From: an uncultured bacterium
GTDB lineage: Bacteria; Verrucomicrobiota; Verrucomicrobiia; Limisphaerales; UBA8199
NCBI GenBank assembly: GCA_963749495.1
Contig: CAVVMW010000021.1
Coordinates: 96,001-160,000, forward strand
Direction of reading: 5' to 3'
Length of the DNA stretch: 64,000 nucleotides
This document shows, in pieces, positions 32,091 through 42,920 of the stretch. How positions within the stretch are numbered: position 1 is the stretch's first letter; every line of letters begins with the position of its first letter. A model generated the notes under the pieces. The model was not told the DNA's origin. It saw only the letters and a list, made by a program, of their open reading frames with translations, and did not search any database. The position numbers and the translations under genes were made by a program.

Positions 32091-35000
32091 ATGAACTTGC
32101 CGCTGGTCTCTGTTCTTGTCGGCCTGGGCTCAATCTGCAGTTGCGCTGCCGCTTCGTTCGATGCGGCGCCGTTCGGTTCCCTGTTGCCGGAAGGCAATGG
32201 CGTCTTCTGGGAGGACCCGCGCGAGATCCACCAGGTCACCGTCCGGTTCGAGGGCGTCGCGCCTCCAGTGTCTGGGCTCCGGCTCGAATACTGGGGCAGC
32301 CGCTGGCCGCAGCAGCACCTGCCCAAGGACCGCCAGCCGGGCGGCGGAGATGTCGGCTGGATGGAGTTGGGCAACTGGTTCAACGGCGGCTGGCGCGCGG
32401 CGGATGCCGAGGCCAAGGCAGAGGGTTCCCAGGTCACCTTTTCGTTCCGGCCCCTCAACGAGAAGGAACATCCGGGACTCAAGGACTATCCGGTCCGCTT
32501 CCGCTATAGTCTGAAGATTCGGGTGCGCGGGGAAGGCGCTCTGCCCCGAATCGAACGCATCCAGGCCTTTACGGATTCGACCTATGAGCAGCGCACAGTC
32601 CGGCTGGCGTGGGAGAGGCCCCCGGGCCAAGTGCGCATCGAGGCCTTCAACGGCGAGGTGCAGGGCATCGAGCAAGCATCGCCGCTCGAGCACCGGCTCG
32701 CGCTCAAGGCCGTGGCCAATACCGATCCGAACACCCTGGACCGCACGCTGGTGACCGTGAGGAACGGCCAAGAGGTCTTCACCTTCGGCGCCGACAACGT
32801 GGCCAAAGAGGCCCTGTTTGTGCCGCGTTTCGGCGTGGCGGTGTTGCCGGGTGAGGATGGGCGCGATTACGCCGCCGTGGCCGCCCGGCAACGCGAGGGC
32901 CATTCGGCGACTCTCTACGAGCGCGTCGCGCAAATGCCCGAGCAGACCTGGCGCTCCGCCTGGGACAACATGCCCGCCAAAAAATCGCGCATCTGTTTCC
33001 CGCTCGGCCTGGATGGCGGGCGGCAGCGGTTTCTGCTCGAGGCGGACGGGGCTATCCTGTTCCGCGCGAACGATCATTACCTCCGGGACCGCCCTGGCAA
33101 AGACACGCCGCGCTTGGGACTGGAGGCGGCGCCCGTGTGGCTCCGGTTCGGCGCGCTGCCGCAGCCCGTGGAACGTCACATCGAGGAGGAGAGCATCCCG
33201 ATCTGCTGCACCACCTGGGAGGTCGAGGGGCTGCGCATTTCGCAAACCGCCCTGGTGACCGAACTCAACGGCGCGAGGGCCGACGCGGCAACGCCTCCTG
33301 CGGAACGTCCCGGCAGTGTTCGTCGCCCGGTTCGTCCTGAGCAACATTTCAGCCGCCGCCCGCAGCGCCACCTTGCCGCTGAGCTACAGCCCCGGCGAGG
33401 CGGCAAGGGCCTTGCGCGCCGACGACCAGGGCCGGCTCTGGCTGGGCGAGGGGCTGCGCGGGCAGGTCATCGCCGATTGCCAGCCCGTCGCGGCAGGCCA
33501 AACCCTCAAGTGGAGTTGGACGCTGTCCCCGGGTGAGACCAAGACGGTTCTAGTCAAGATCCCATACCTGGTGCTGACGGAGCAATCCGAGCATGGCGCC
33601 CTGGCGCGGCTGGACTTCGAGACCGAACGCGCGGCGCTGGCGGGCTATTGGCGGCGGCGGCTGGATGAGAGCGCGCAGTTGACTACCCCGGAGCCGGTCC
33701 TCGACCGGTTTTATCGCTCTGTATCCGGCCACTTGCTCATCAACTGCGAGCGCGAGCCTGCGAGCAACCGGCGTTTTGCGCGGGTGGGTTCTTTCGCTTA
33801 TGGGGCTTACGGCAACGAATCGTGCATGATGGTGGCGGACCTGGACCGGCGCGGCTACCACATCGAGGCGCAGGAGTGCCTGGATGGCTGGCTCCATTAC
33901 CAGGGCACTGTCGGCTTGCCCGGCGACTTCTCCTCAAAGCAAGGCGTTCTCTACGGCGCCGGCGGCTACGAGAGCGGCGGCTACAACCAGCATCACGGCT
34001 GGATCCTCTGGTGCATGGCCGAGCATTACCGGTTCACTCGCGACGCTGCCTGGCTGCGCCGCGCTGCCCCGGGCCTGGTGGCCGCTTCCGATTGGATCAT
34101 CCGCCAGGCCGCCCGCACCGCCGGGCGGCAGGAACTCGAACGCGGCCTCCTGCCCGCCGGAAGTCTCGAAGACATCGGCGACTGGTGGACCTGGCTCTCA
34201 ACCAGTTGCTATACCTGGCGCGGACTCGATTCGGCCGCCTGGGCCCTCGAGCAAATCGAGCACCCGGAGGCCAACCGTATTCGCCGGGCCGCGGACGCCT
34301 TTCATGCCAGCCTCCTGGGCAACTTCCGCAAGGCGGCCCAACGCTCGCCCGTCGTGCGCCTGCGCAACGGCACCGCCGTGCCCCACATCCCCTCTTATGT
34401 GGAGCGCCGCGGGCGCAGCTTCGGCTGGATCTGCGAGACCCTCGAAGGGGCCCTCCACCTCCTCATCACCGGCGCGCTCGACCCGCATTCCCCCGAGGCC
34501 GAATGGATCCTCAAGGACTACGAAGACAATCTCTACCTCTCGAATCAATACGGCTACACGCTCCCGGATTTCGACCGCTACTGGTTCGGGCGCGGGGGCA
34601 TGTCCATGCAGGCCTGCCTGCTCCTGGACGTCGAACCCTACCTCCAGCGCGACAACGTCAAGCACGCCCTGCGCGCCATGTTCAACGCCATCGCCGTCAG
34701 CCACTTCCCCGACGTCCACATGAACACCGAGCACGCCCTGCCCGAGATGGGCGATTGGCGCGGCAACCACTACAAGAGTTCCGACGAGGCCAACGCCTGC
34801 GGCTGGCTGCGGCAGGTCTTCCTGCGCGAGGAGGGCGACGCCCTCCTGGTGGGCCAGGCGGTGCCGCGCGAATGGCTCAAGCCGGGTTGCCGTTGCGGCC
34901 TGGAACGGGCGGCCACCTGGTTTGGGCCGGCCGGCATCCTTTACACTCCAGGCCAGAATCAGATCACCGCCCAACTCGAAGGCCCGCGCCGCAACCCGCC

Positions 35001-35151
35001 CAAAACGATCCGCCTCCGCTTCCGCGATCCCATCGAGCGCCCCCTGGCCTCCGTCACCGTCAACGGCCAACCGTGGACTCAATTCAAGGGCGATTGGGTC
35101 GAGCTGCCGGGAAACGTCGGGTCTGCGAAAGTCGTGGCCGGTTACCAATAA
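32091..35151 (+). CDS. Large secreted protein, probable (alpha/alpha)6 glycoside hydrolase-like C-terminal domain (apparent frameshift near 33300)
   Basis: Signal peptide; AEHYRFTRDAAWL, GLLPAGSLED, Trp/Tyr-rich helices; ORFs 32091..33536 and 33316..35151 join. Confidence 0.62.
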
Positions 35152-35278
35152 GGAGCATTCCTCAACCCACTGCTCAATGCTCAATGAATCGGCGGGAATT
35201 CAACCCGTTCCGCTTCTCCGGTTCCGCTCAACCAACCGATCGTACTCAGGAAACGCCCGTTTGACCGCCTTCGTCCCC

Positions 35279-36079
35279 CTAAGCGGGCCGTCGCAAGTCC
35301 CGCAGAGGAACCAGGTCGTCAACCGTGAGCGCGAAGGAGAAGCGGTAGCCGGCGCCCACGGCCATGGGCCGCAGGTCGGGAAGCTCAAGGTAGGGATGGT
35401 CGAAAAAACGAAGTGTGGCGTCCCCCTTCCAAATCGGCGCGATCCGAACATCGCGCGATTTCAACTGTACCAGCTCGTGAACGGCCGGGAGATCGTGCTT
35501 TCCCGCCGCGAGTTCCGGAAAGTGGCGTGTGTTCACAGCCCTCGCGAACCCAGGGGAAGGAGGCGTTTGGGTCGGCTCGCGCAAGGTCACCTGCGCTTCG
35601 ATCAGCCGACGCTCTTTGACCGAGAGCGCCGCGCCAAACCGGCCGCCCGGACCCACCACGGGAGCAGCCTTTGACGGCAGGTCGTAGGCCCTGGTGATCC
35701 AGGTGGAGCCAATTTGCTTGGGCCAGCCCTGAACCAGGCCCCGCATCAGCGCCACGTCCTGGTCGACCCAGATAAATGGGCAGTAGGCCACCGGCGCGCC
35801 TTCGAAACGCGCCGAGAGCAGGACGAGCGTCTCGTGGTATTGGCTGCGAATCGGGTCCAGGTACTCATCGCCCGCCTCGCTGGCAGATTGCCACTCGACA
35901 AAATAGACCGCACAACGCCCGGAGTGAAGTTCAAGACCTTCGGGCAGGAAGGCCGCGGCCACACCGGCGTCCGCCTCGAACTCGACCGCAAGGGCATCGC
36001 CCACATAGTGCCAAGGCGGCGTGGCGACCAGGCTCGATGTGCCGCGCGGCGTGCGCGGGATTGTGTAGCCTTTGAGCAT
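35279..36079 (-). CDS. Acetoacetate decarboxylase-like (ADC superfamily) protein
   Basis: MLKGYTIPRTPRGTSSLVATPPWHY, CPFIWVD, RGLVQGWPKQ (Schiff-base Lys position). Confidence 0.85.
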   Translation of the reverse strand: MLKGYTIPRTPRGTSSLVATPPWHYVGDALAVEFEADAGVAAAFLPEGLELHSGRCAVYFVEWQSASEAGDEYLDPIRSQYHETLVLLSARFEGAPVAYCPFIWVDQDVALMRGLVQGWPKQIGSTWITRAYDLPSKAAPVVGPGGRFGAALSVKERRLIEAQVTLREPTQTPPSPGFARAVNTRHFPELAAGKHDLPAVHELVQLKSRDVRIAPIWKGDATLRFFDHPYLELPDLRPMAVGAGYRFSFALTVDDLVPLRDLRRPA

Positions 36080-38518
36080 CAGGTCCAAAAGGTATTTCTC
36101 TCTGACTCTTGAGAATTCCTCGAGATTCTTCCGCCAGGCAGCGTGGATCTCCTGCAGCGGTTTGTTGGCCTTGAGGGCGTCGAGAGTGGCCGGGTCCAGG
36201 AGCAGGTGCCTCATCTTGTCGGGATCGAAGTCCTTGGGGTATAGGCGGAAGAGCGTCTGGGCAATCTGGAGGGCGACGTCCACCACGTTGCACTGGTCGC
36301 GGTCGGTGAGCAGGAGGTACACCCCCCGGCACGGCTGGCCCTTGTGGACGCTGTAGGTGGGGGTAAAGCAGACCGGCACAAACCGCACTCCGGGCAACCC
36401 GGCGCGGTTCAACTCCTCGGCCAATTTCAGGTCATCGATGTAGGGGGCGCCGAGGACCTCGAACGGCGTGTCGGTGCCCCGGCCGACCGAGAGGGCGCTC
36501 TCCAGCAGGCCGATGCCCGGGTAGAGAATGGCCTCGGTGAGGTTGCGCATGTTGGGCGAGGGGTTCATCCACGGCAGGCCGGTCTGGTCGAACCAGAACT
36601 CGCGGCGCCAGTTTTCGAGCGGAATCACCGTCAGGTCCGCGTTGCACTTGCGCTCCGCGTTGAACATCCGCGCCAACTCCCCGATCGTCATGCCGTAACG
36701 CAAGGGCACCATGTGATAGCCGACGAAGCCGGGCTTGCCCGTGAGCACCGGGCCGTCGAGCGTCACACCGTTGATCGGGTTGACCCGGTCGAGCACGAAG
36801 TATTTCTTCCCGCCGGCCGCCGCTGCCTCCATCGCCTTGGCCATGGTCGTTGTATAGGTGTAGAAGCGGCAGCCAACGTCCTGAATATCGAACACCAGGG
36901 CGTCCAGGTCGCGGAGTTGGCTCGGTGCGGGCCCAAGCCGCTCGCCGTAGAGGCTATACACCGGCAGGCCGGTCGGGCCGTCCACGCTGTCGCCCACCGG
37001 CTCATCCATCACGCCGCGTATCCCGTGCTCGGGGCTGAAGAGGGCCTTGAGTTGGACGCCCGGCGCGCGGCGGAGCAGGTCGATGGTGGGGTTGCGCTGG
37101 CGGTCCTGGCCCGTGTGATTGGTCACCAGCCCGATGCGCAGCCCCTGGAGCGGCCGGAAGTTCTGTTTCACCAGCACGTCAATCCCGTTGAGCGTTCCGG
37201 CCTGGGCCGCCGCGCCTCCCGAGGCCGCCCGCGGAGCGCGCCCGCCGGGGGTGGTCGAGGCGGTGGAGCCCGGCCGAGCTGCCAGGGCGCCGGGCACGTA
37301 AGCGAAATTGAAGTCGCCGATCGCCTCAGCCGCGAGCGTCCCCAGCCTCGCGCGCAAGGCGTTGACGTTTCCGCTCTCCTCGGGATGGTTGCGGTTCGAG
37401 AGGAAGATGACAAAGGTTTGCGAGAAGGGATCCACCCAGAGCGAGGTGCCGGTCCACCCGGTGTGGCCGTAGGAACCGACCGGGAAATGGGCCCCGCGCG
37501 GCCCGCTGTAAGGCGAGTCGATGTCCCAGCCCAGGCCCCGGCGCACAGCCATCGTCTCCGGCGTCTGCACGCGGGTCATGAGCCGGACGGTTTCCGGTTT
37601 GAAGATGCGGACGCCCTCCAAGGCGCCCTCGTTGAGCAGCATCCGGGCGTATCGGGCCAGGTCGGCGGCTGTCGTGAACAGCCCGGCATGGCCGGCCACG
37701 CCGCCCATGTGGCGCGCGGTCGGGTCGTGTACCACGCCGCGCCAGGGCTGGCCGTTGACCAACTCGGTCGGGGCGATGCGCCCGCGCTTGGAGTCCGGGG
37801 GCAGAAACCCGGTGTCGGCCATCTGCAGCGGCCGGTAAATCTCCAGCGCCACGAACTCCTGGAGGGGCGACCCGCTGACCCGCTGCACGACCTCGCCCAG
37901 CAGGAAGAAATTGATGTCGCTGTACCGAAAGGCCGAGCCCGGCGGGCCGACGAGCTGTTCGGCGCAGGCCCTCTGGATGGCCGCGGCCTGGCCGTGCCAG
38001 TCGGTCCGCGTTTCGATGTCCCCGCGCAGGCCCGAGGTGTGTGTGAGCAGTTGCCGGATCGTGATCGCCTCTTTGCCGTCGCCCTTGAATTCCGGAAGGT
38101 AGGCCTGGACCCGCTCGTCGAGTTTGAGCCGGCCCCGCTCGACGAGCAGCATCACCGCCGGGGTGCAGGCAACAACCTTCGTCAGTGAGGCCGCGTCAAA
38201 AATCGTGTCTTCTGTCATGGGCTCGACGCCTGGCACCAGGGCGCGGTTGCCGTAGGCCTTGTGAAAGGCCACCCCGCGATGCTCCAGCCACAGCACCGCG
38301 CCCGGACAGCGTTTCTGGGCGATAGCCTGGCCAACGGCCGCACTCATCTCGGCCAGTTTCTCCGCCCGGAACGCCGGCTGGAGAGCCGGTTGGGCAACTG
38401 GCGCCGGTGCCGGCGCGGGAGGCGGCGGCGGCGGGGTCCTGCACGAGGCAAGGCCCAAGAGCACCACGGCCAAACCGGCTCTACAGGCTCCCCGGGCCGC
38501 CGTAAATGAGTAGTTCAT
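36079..38518 (-). CDS. Lipoprotein: beta-lactamase-family serine hydrolase fused to DUF1343 (NamZ-like exo-beta-N-acetylmuramidase)
   Basis: Lipobox LASC; FDAASLTK, LLTHTSG, YSD, GHTGWTG; then LFSPEHG, DIQDVGCRFYTY, PSPNM, GRGT, REKYLL. Confidence 0.9.
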
Positions 38519-38610
38519 GTGGCCCGATTAAACCCTTGAGGGGCGCATTCTACAAGGGCGTTTTGGGATTCGCTGTGAGGCCTCAGTGAAGGTGGGAGTG
38601 GCACGGGGGC

Positions 38611-38763
38611 AGACCCCTCACCCCGGCCCTCTCCCCTTCGGAAGGGGAGAGGGAGAGTTTTCGGTTGCGCTTTGAGGAAGCGCAGACGCCTGGCATCTCC
38701 CGAGACTGCCGACGCCTCTCCCTCTCCCCTTTGGAAGGGGAGAGGGCCGGGGTGAGGGGTCTG
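38611..38763. repeat. CCCTCACCCC MITE-like element, copy 3
   Basis: Same architecture as 25005 and 27073. Confidence 0.9.
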
Positions 38764-38812
38764 CCTGGCACCCCATCTCCGCGTTCTCACCGATTACGAT
38801 TTGCTTGCTCGA

Positions 38813-39616
38813 ATGCAGCCGCTCGATTACCCAGGAGCGGTGCGCATCTCGCAAGGGCCGCGTCCTGGCCAACAGATCGAACTGCCCCTGGACCCCGGGC
38901 CTGCCGAGGCCCCTGCTGAACACTGGGTGCAGGCCGGGGGCCGCCGACTGCGCTTGCGCCTGGTCCGCAACCGGCGCGCCCGCCGGTATGTGCTGCGCCT
39001 GGGGACGGATGGCGCCGCGCGAGTGACCATCCCGCGAGGGGGCTCGATAGCGGAGGCCCGGCAGTTCGCCCTTCGGAACGGGGCCTGGCTGGAGCGGGAG
39101 CTGCTGCGCCTGGCCGCCCGCCCTGCCCGCCCCAAACCCCTGCGCCTCGGGGACCAACTCCTATTCCGCGGCCAGGCCGTCCGGTTGGAGCCGGGCGTCA
39201 ATGGCCAGACCGGCCTGGTCCGGTTGGCCGGCGAGAGCCTGGCTGTGCCCGAGACTGCCGACGACCTGCGGCCCGCGGTCGAGCGGCATCTCCGCGACGT
39301 GGCAGCGCGGGAATTGCCCGGCCGCGTCCTTGAACTGGCCGCCGCCCACCAGTTCACCGTCCGGCGTGTGCTGGTGCGCAACCAGCGCTCGCGATGGGGT
39401 TCCTGCTCCAGGCAGGGGACCGTCTCGGTGAACTGGCGCCTGGTGCAGGCGCCGCCCTGGGTGCGCGATTACCTCATCCTTCACGAACTGGCGCACCTGG
39501 TCCACATGAACCACTCGGCCCGTTTCTGGCGCGAGGTCGCCCGCCTCTGCCCTCAGTTCGCCCAGGCCAGGCAGTGGCTTAAGGAAAACTCCGGCCTGCT
39601 GCGCCAAATTCACTGA
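38813..39616 (+). CDS. YgjP/DUF45-like zinc metallo-hydrolase
   Basis: [36 protein letters not shown]. Confidence 0.9.
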   Translation: MQPLDYPGAVRISQGPRPGQQIELPLDPGPAEAPAEHWVQAGGRRLRLRLVRNRRARRYVLRLGTDGAARVTIPRGGSIAEARQFALRNGAWLERELLRLAARPARPKPLRLGDQLLFRGQAVRLEPGVNGQTGLVRLAGESLAVPETADDLRPAVERHLRDVAARELPGRVLELAAAHQFTVRRVLVRNQRSRWGSCSRQGTVSVNWRLVQAPPWVRDYLILHELAHLVHMNHSARFWREVARLCPQFAQARQWLKENSGLLRQIH

Positions 39617-39627
39617 GGCATCCGGCT

Positions 39628-39823
39628 CACCGCGTAGCGGTGCCCGATGGTAGCCGTGGACTTCCAGTCCACGGACCCATGGCCCAAGCTCAACCGCGTC
39701 GCGTAGCGACGCCTGAAAGCCGCGACGCTGTCATGCGTCGCTACGCGACGCGCCACCATTTTCCATGTCCCAAACCGTGGACCGAGGTCCACGGCTACCT
39801 TCGTTGCGTCGCTCCGCGACGCC
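39628..39823. repeat. REP/BIME-like cluster (GCGTCGCGTAGCGACGC; CCGTGGAC..GTCCACGG)
   Basis: Multiple palindromes; inverted near-copy within 59076-59460. Confidence 0.88.
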
Positions 39824-39891
39824 TGGGGCATTGCGAGGCCCTGCTGTTTCTGGTTGCGCGATGGCCGGAAGGTGCGGACGATGCATTCGGT

Positions 39892-41106
39892 GTGAAGACC
39901 TTGCACACATATTTGATCCGGCAGATTCTGGCCTCGCTGCTGATGACGGTGGCGGTGTTCACCTTCGTGCTGTTGATCGGCAACGTGCTCAAGGAGGTCC
40001 TGGCGTTGCTGGTGAACCGGCAGGCAACGCTGGGGTTGGTGGCCCAGGCGATCGGGCTGCTGGTGCCCTTCGTATGGGTCTTCGCTCTGCCGATGGGCAT
40101 GTTGACCGCGACGCTCCTCATCTTCGGCCGGTTCAGCGCCGACCAGGAATTGACGGCGGTGCGCGCCAGCGGCGTGAGCCTGTTGTCCCTGGTCAGCCCG
40201 GTCCTGCTCCTGAGCCTGGCCCTGTGCGCGTTGAGCGCCCTGGTGAACATGGAGATAGCGCCCCGCTGCCGCGTGGCCGAGAAACGGCTCCTGGCCAGCG
40301 TCAATATCGAGGTGGCCGCCCTGCAGATCCCCGAGGGCAGATACATCAACTTCAGGGACTACCTTGTCTATTTCGGCAAAAACCGCGGGGGCAACCTCGA
40401 GCGGATCACGATCGTCCATGTGAAGGACGAGACCAACGTGGATCAATTCATCAGCGCCCCGAGCGGCGCCCTCAAGGTGGACAACCAGAGGAAAAAGATC
40501 ACGCTCACGCTCCACAACAGCAAGATCGTGACCCTGAGCGGCACCACCTTCAACCCGGCCGCCATCGATTCGACCATCGAAGAGGACATTGACCCCGCAC
40601 GGAAAGGCTCGTCGGACACGAGGATCAGCGATATGACCTACAGCCAATTGCGCGAGGGGATGCAGCAGATGGAGGAGCGCTTCAGCCGGTCCATGAGCAT
40701 GGCGGAGCAGGCCAGCCAGTCAGTGAGCCCGAACGGGCTGATGCCGGAGGAACGCGACGTTAGAAAGAGGGAACTGGAGGCCAGGCGCAAGGCACTCAAG
40801 AAGACCAGCGAGGCGGCCACGATGCCTTATCGGGTCCAAATCCATCAGCAGATCTCGTTTTCGTTTGCTTGCTTCGGCTTCACCCTGGTGGGCATCCCCC
40901 TGGGCATCCGCGTCCACCGGCGCGAGACCAACATCGGGATTGCGATGGCCCTGCTCCTGGTGGCGGTCTATTACAGCTTCATCATGGTCGGCCAGGCCCT
41001 CGACACCCGGCCCGAGTGGGCGCCGCACCTCATCGTGTGGCTCCCCAATTTCCTGTTCCAGGCCGTCGGCGCCGTCCTGCTCTGGCGCGCAAACCGCGGA
41101 TTTTAA
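39892..41106 (+). CDS. LPS export ABC transporter permease, LptF/LptG family
   Basis: [43 protein letters not shown] start inferred. Confidence 0.9.
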   Translation: MKTLHTYLIRQILASLLMTVAVFTFVLLIGNVLKEVLALLVNRQATLGLVAQAIGLLVPFVWVFALPMGMLTATLLIFGRFSADQELTAVRASGVSLLSLVSPVLLLSLALCALSALVNMEIAPRCRVAEKRLLASVNIEVAALQIPEGRYINFRDYLVYFGKNRGGNLERITIVHVKDETNVDQFISAPSGALKVDNQRKKITLTLHNSKIVTLSGTTFNPAAIDSTIEEDIDPARKGSSDTRISDMTYSQLREGMQQMEERFSRSMSMAEQASQSVSPNGLMPEERDVRKRELEARRKALKKTSEAATMPYRVQIHQQISFSFACFGFTLVGIPLGIRVHRRETNIGIAMALLLVAVYYSFIMVGQALDTRPEWAPHLIVWLPNFLFQAVGAVLLWRANRGF

Positions 41107-41267
41107 CCACGGAATACACGGAATACACGGAAAGGAAAAGATATGAGCAAGCTGATCCTGGAGCAGGAAACCCACGAACGCTTTGTGATATAAGACCGGC
41201 CAATGGTCGAAGCCATCTGACCGGCTTCGCCTGGCTCTTTTCCGTGTATTCCGTGTATTCCGTGGTT
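41105..41267 (+). mobile_element. Palindromic element with 29-bp perfect inverted repeats enclosing a 16-codon mini-ORF resembling a collapsed GxxExxY gene
   Basis: aaccacggaatacacggaatacacggaaa 41105-41133 / 41239-41267; AAGGA then ATG 41143 MSKLILEQETHERFVI*. Confidence 0.7.
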
Positions 41268-41276
41268 TATTAATTC

Positions 41277-42059
41277 TTATTGGTTTTTCCTGCGAAACAC
41301 TTTGTACACTGCGGCCTGGTCCACGGGCTTGACGATGAGTTCATCGATGTTCACGTGCGCGGGGCGGCTGGCAACCCAGACGAGGATGTCGGCAATATCT
41401 TCCGCCACAAGCGGTTTGGTGCCTTCATAGACCTTCTGTGCCCGGGCGGTGTCGCCTTTGAATCGCACCAGCGAAAACTCGGTCTCCGCCAGGCCCGGAT
41501 CCACGGTGCTGACGCGGATGCCGGTGCCGTTGAGTTCGAGGCGCAAGGCGCGGGTGATCAGGAGTTCGCCCGCCTTGGCAGCGCAATAGGCGGCGCCGCC
41601 CTCGTAAGCCGTATGGCCGGCGACCGAGCCGATGTTGAGGATGGTGCTGCCCGGGTTATCGCGCATCAGGGGCAACGCGCCCCTCGTGACCCGCAGCACG
41701 CCCAGCACATTGGATTGGAGCATGGCCTCCCAGTCCTGGTCCTTGCCCTCCGCCACGGTGTCCAACCCGTGCGCGCCCCCGGCATTGTTGATGAGCACGT
41801 CGAGCCGCCTGGTCCGGGTCTTGCACCATTCCAGGAAGGCCTGGACGCTGTCGGTTCGGGCCACATCGAGCGGGTGCGCGTGGGCCTCGGGGGCGCCCGC
41901 CTTCCGCGCCTGGTCGGCCACCTGCTCCAGGCGGTCCATCCGCCGGGCGCCCAGCAACAAGCGCCCTCCCTCCGCCCCGAACGCCCGCGCCGCCGCAGCC
42001 CCGAAACCGCTTGAAGCTCCTGTGATCAAAATCCATTTGTCCTTGAGTTCGGATTTCAT
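41277..42059 (-). CDS. SDR oxidoreductase (YdfG-like)
   Basis: ITGASSGFG, NNAG, YCAAK, DPGLAETEFSLVRFKGD. Confidence 0.93.
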   Translation of the reverse strand: MKSELKDKWILITGASSGFGAAAARAFGAEGGRLLLGARRMDRLEQVADQARKAGAPEAHAHPLDVARTDSVQAFLEWCKTRTRRLDVLINNAGGAHGLDTVAEGKDQDWEAMLQSNVLGVLRVTRGALPLMRDNPGSTILNIGSVAGHTAYEGGAAYCAAKAGELLITRALRLELNGTGIRVSTVDPGLAETEFSLVRFKGDTARAQKVYEGTKPLVAEDIADILVWVASRPAHVNIDELIVKPVDQAAVYKVFRRKNQ

Positions 42060-42131
42060 GGCACAGGAATACCAGAGTCCGGCGGGGCCAGGCCAGCACA
42101 AAGGGCTACGGCGCCGGACTTTGCGTGACTT

Positions 42132-42205
42132 TCGCGGCCTTTGTCGCGGCCTTTGTCGAAAACCGGCCCAATTCGACAAAGGTCGCGACAAAGGCCGCGA
42201 CAAAG
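42132..42205. repeat. 12-bp-unit palindrome, copy 2 (CCTTTGTCGCGG)
   Basis: Same family as 20408-20493. Confidence 0.85.
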
Positions 42206-42411
42206 ACACCAAAGCCATCCATAGTCCAGCGCGATTCTACTGTTGTGGGGCGGTCTGGATTATGCTAGTTTTGCGCGCGTGAACCGGTTGACAAGACAGG
42301 AACAGATGGTTCTCTGTGTGATTTTGGGCTTGCTCCTGACCGGCTGGGCGGTGAAGGCCTATCGGAGCGCACACCCGCCGGCGCAGGCAGCCAGACAGGC
42401 AACCCTTTGAT

Positions 42412-42846
42412 ATGCAGGAAGTCAACTTCGAGGAATCGCTCGATATGATCCGGGCCAAAGACCCGCGTTATGCTCGCGACGCCTACCATTTCGTGCGCGA
42501 GGCGCTGGACTTCACCCAGAAGAATATCGGCCGGGAAAATCGTGGCCGAATCCGCCATGTCAGCGGGCAGGAATTGCTGGCCGGCATTCGCGATTTCGCC
42601 ACCGCCCAATTCGGTCCGATGGCCATGACCGTCTTCGAGGAGTGGGGCGTTCGCCGATGCGCTGACTTCGGGGAAATCGTCTTCAACATGGTGGAGATAG
42701 GGCTCCTGGCAAAGACCGAGAAGGACAGCCGCGCCGATTTTCAAGACGGTTACGAGTTTTTCGAGGCCTTCCGGCGCCCGTTCCTGCCGCCCAGCCGGCA
42801 GGGCAAGCCTCTGCCCACCCCGGCCCCATCTTCCACTGGAGGCTGA
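42412..42846 (+). CDS. Conserved PVC-group protein (Minf_1886-like)
   Basis: DPRYARDAYHFVREAL, HVSGQELL, QFGPMA..VF.EWG, DFGEIVFNMV. Confidence 0.82.
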   Translation: MQEVNFEESLDMIRAKDPRYARDAYHFVREALDFTQKNIGRENRGRIRHVSGQELLAGIRDFATAQFGPMAMTVFEEWGVRRCADFGEIVFNMVEIGLLAKTEKDSRADFQDGYEFFEAFRRPFLPPSRQGKPLPTPAPSSTGG

Positions 42847-42920
42847 ACCCTTTGTCATTCGTCATTCGTCATTGGTCATTCGCCGATTCCCTTTGACCTC
42901 CCAACCGCCCCCGTCCCCCC

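Noticed and set aside
35279..38518. Apparent novel three-domain fusion: serine hydrolase + NamZ + acetoacetate decarboxylase (1079 aa)
   Set aside because: The junction reads TAC CTT TTG GAC CTG ATG. Removing one C gives ...YLLD TGA overlapping ATG (TGATG coupling) at the usual end of DUF1343 proteins. Given the indel rate, two genes are more likely.
42326..42405. SRP RNA (ffs) call
   Set aside because: The apical stem is too short, with no GNRA loop and no 5' asymmetric A-rich bulge; kept only as a low-confidence structured-RNA finding
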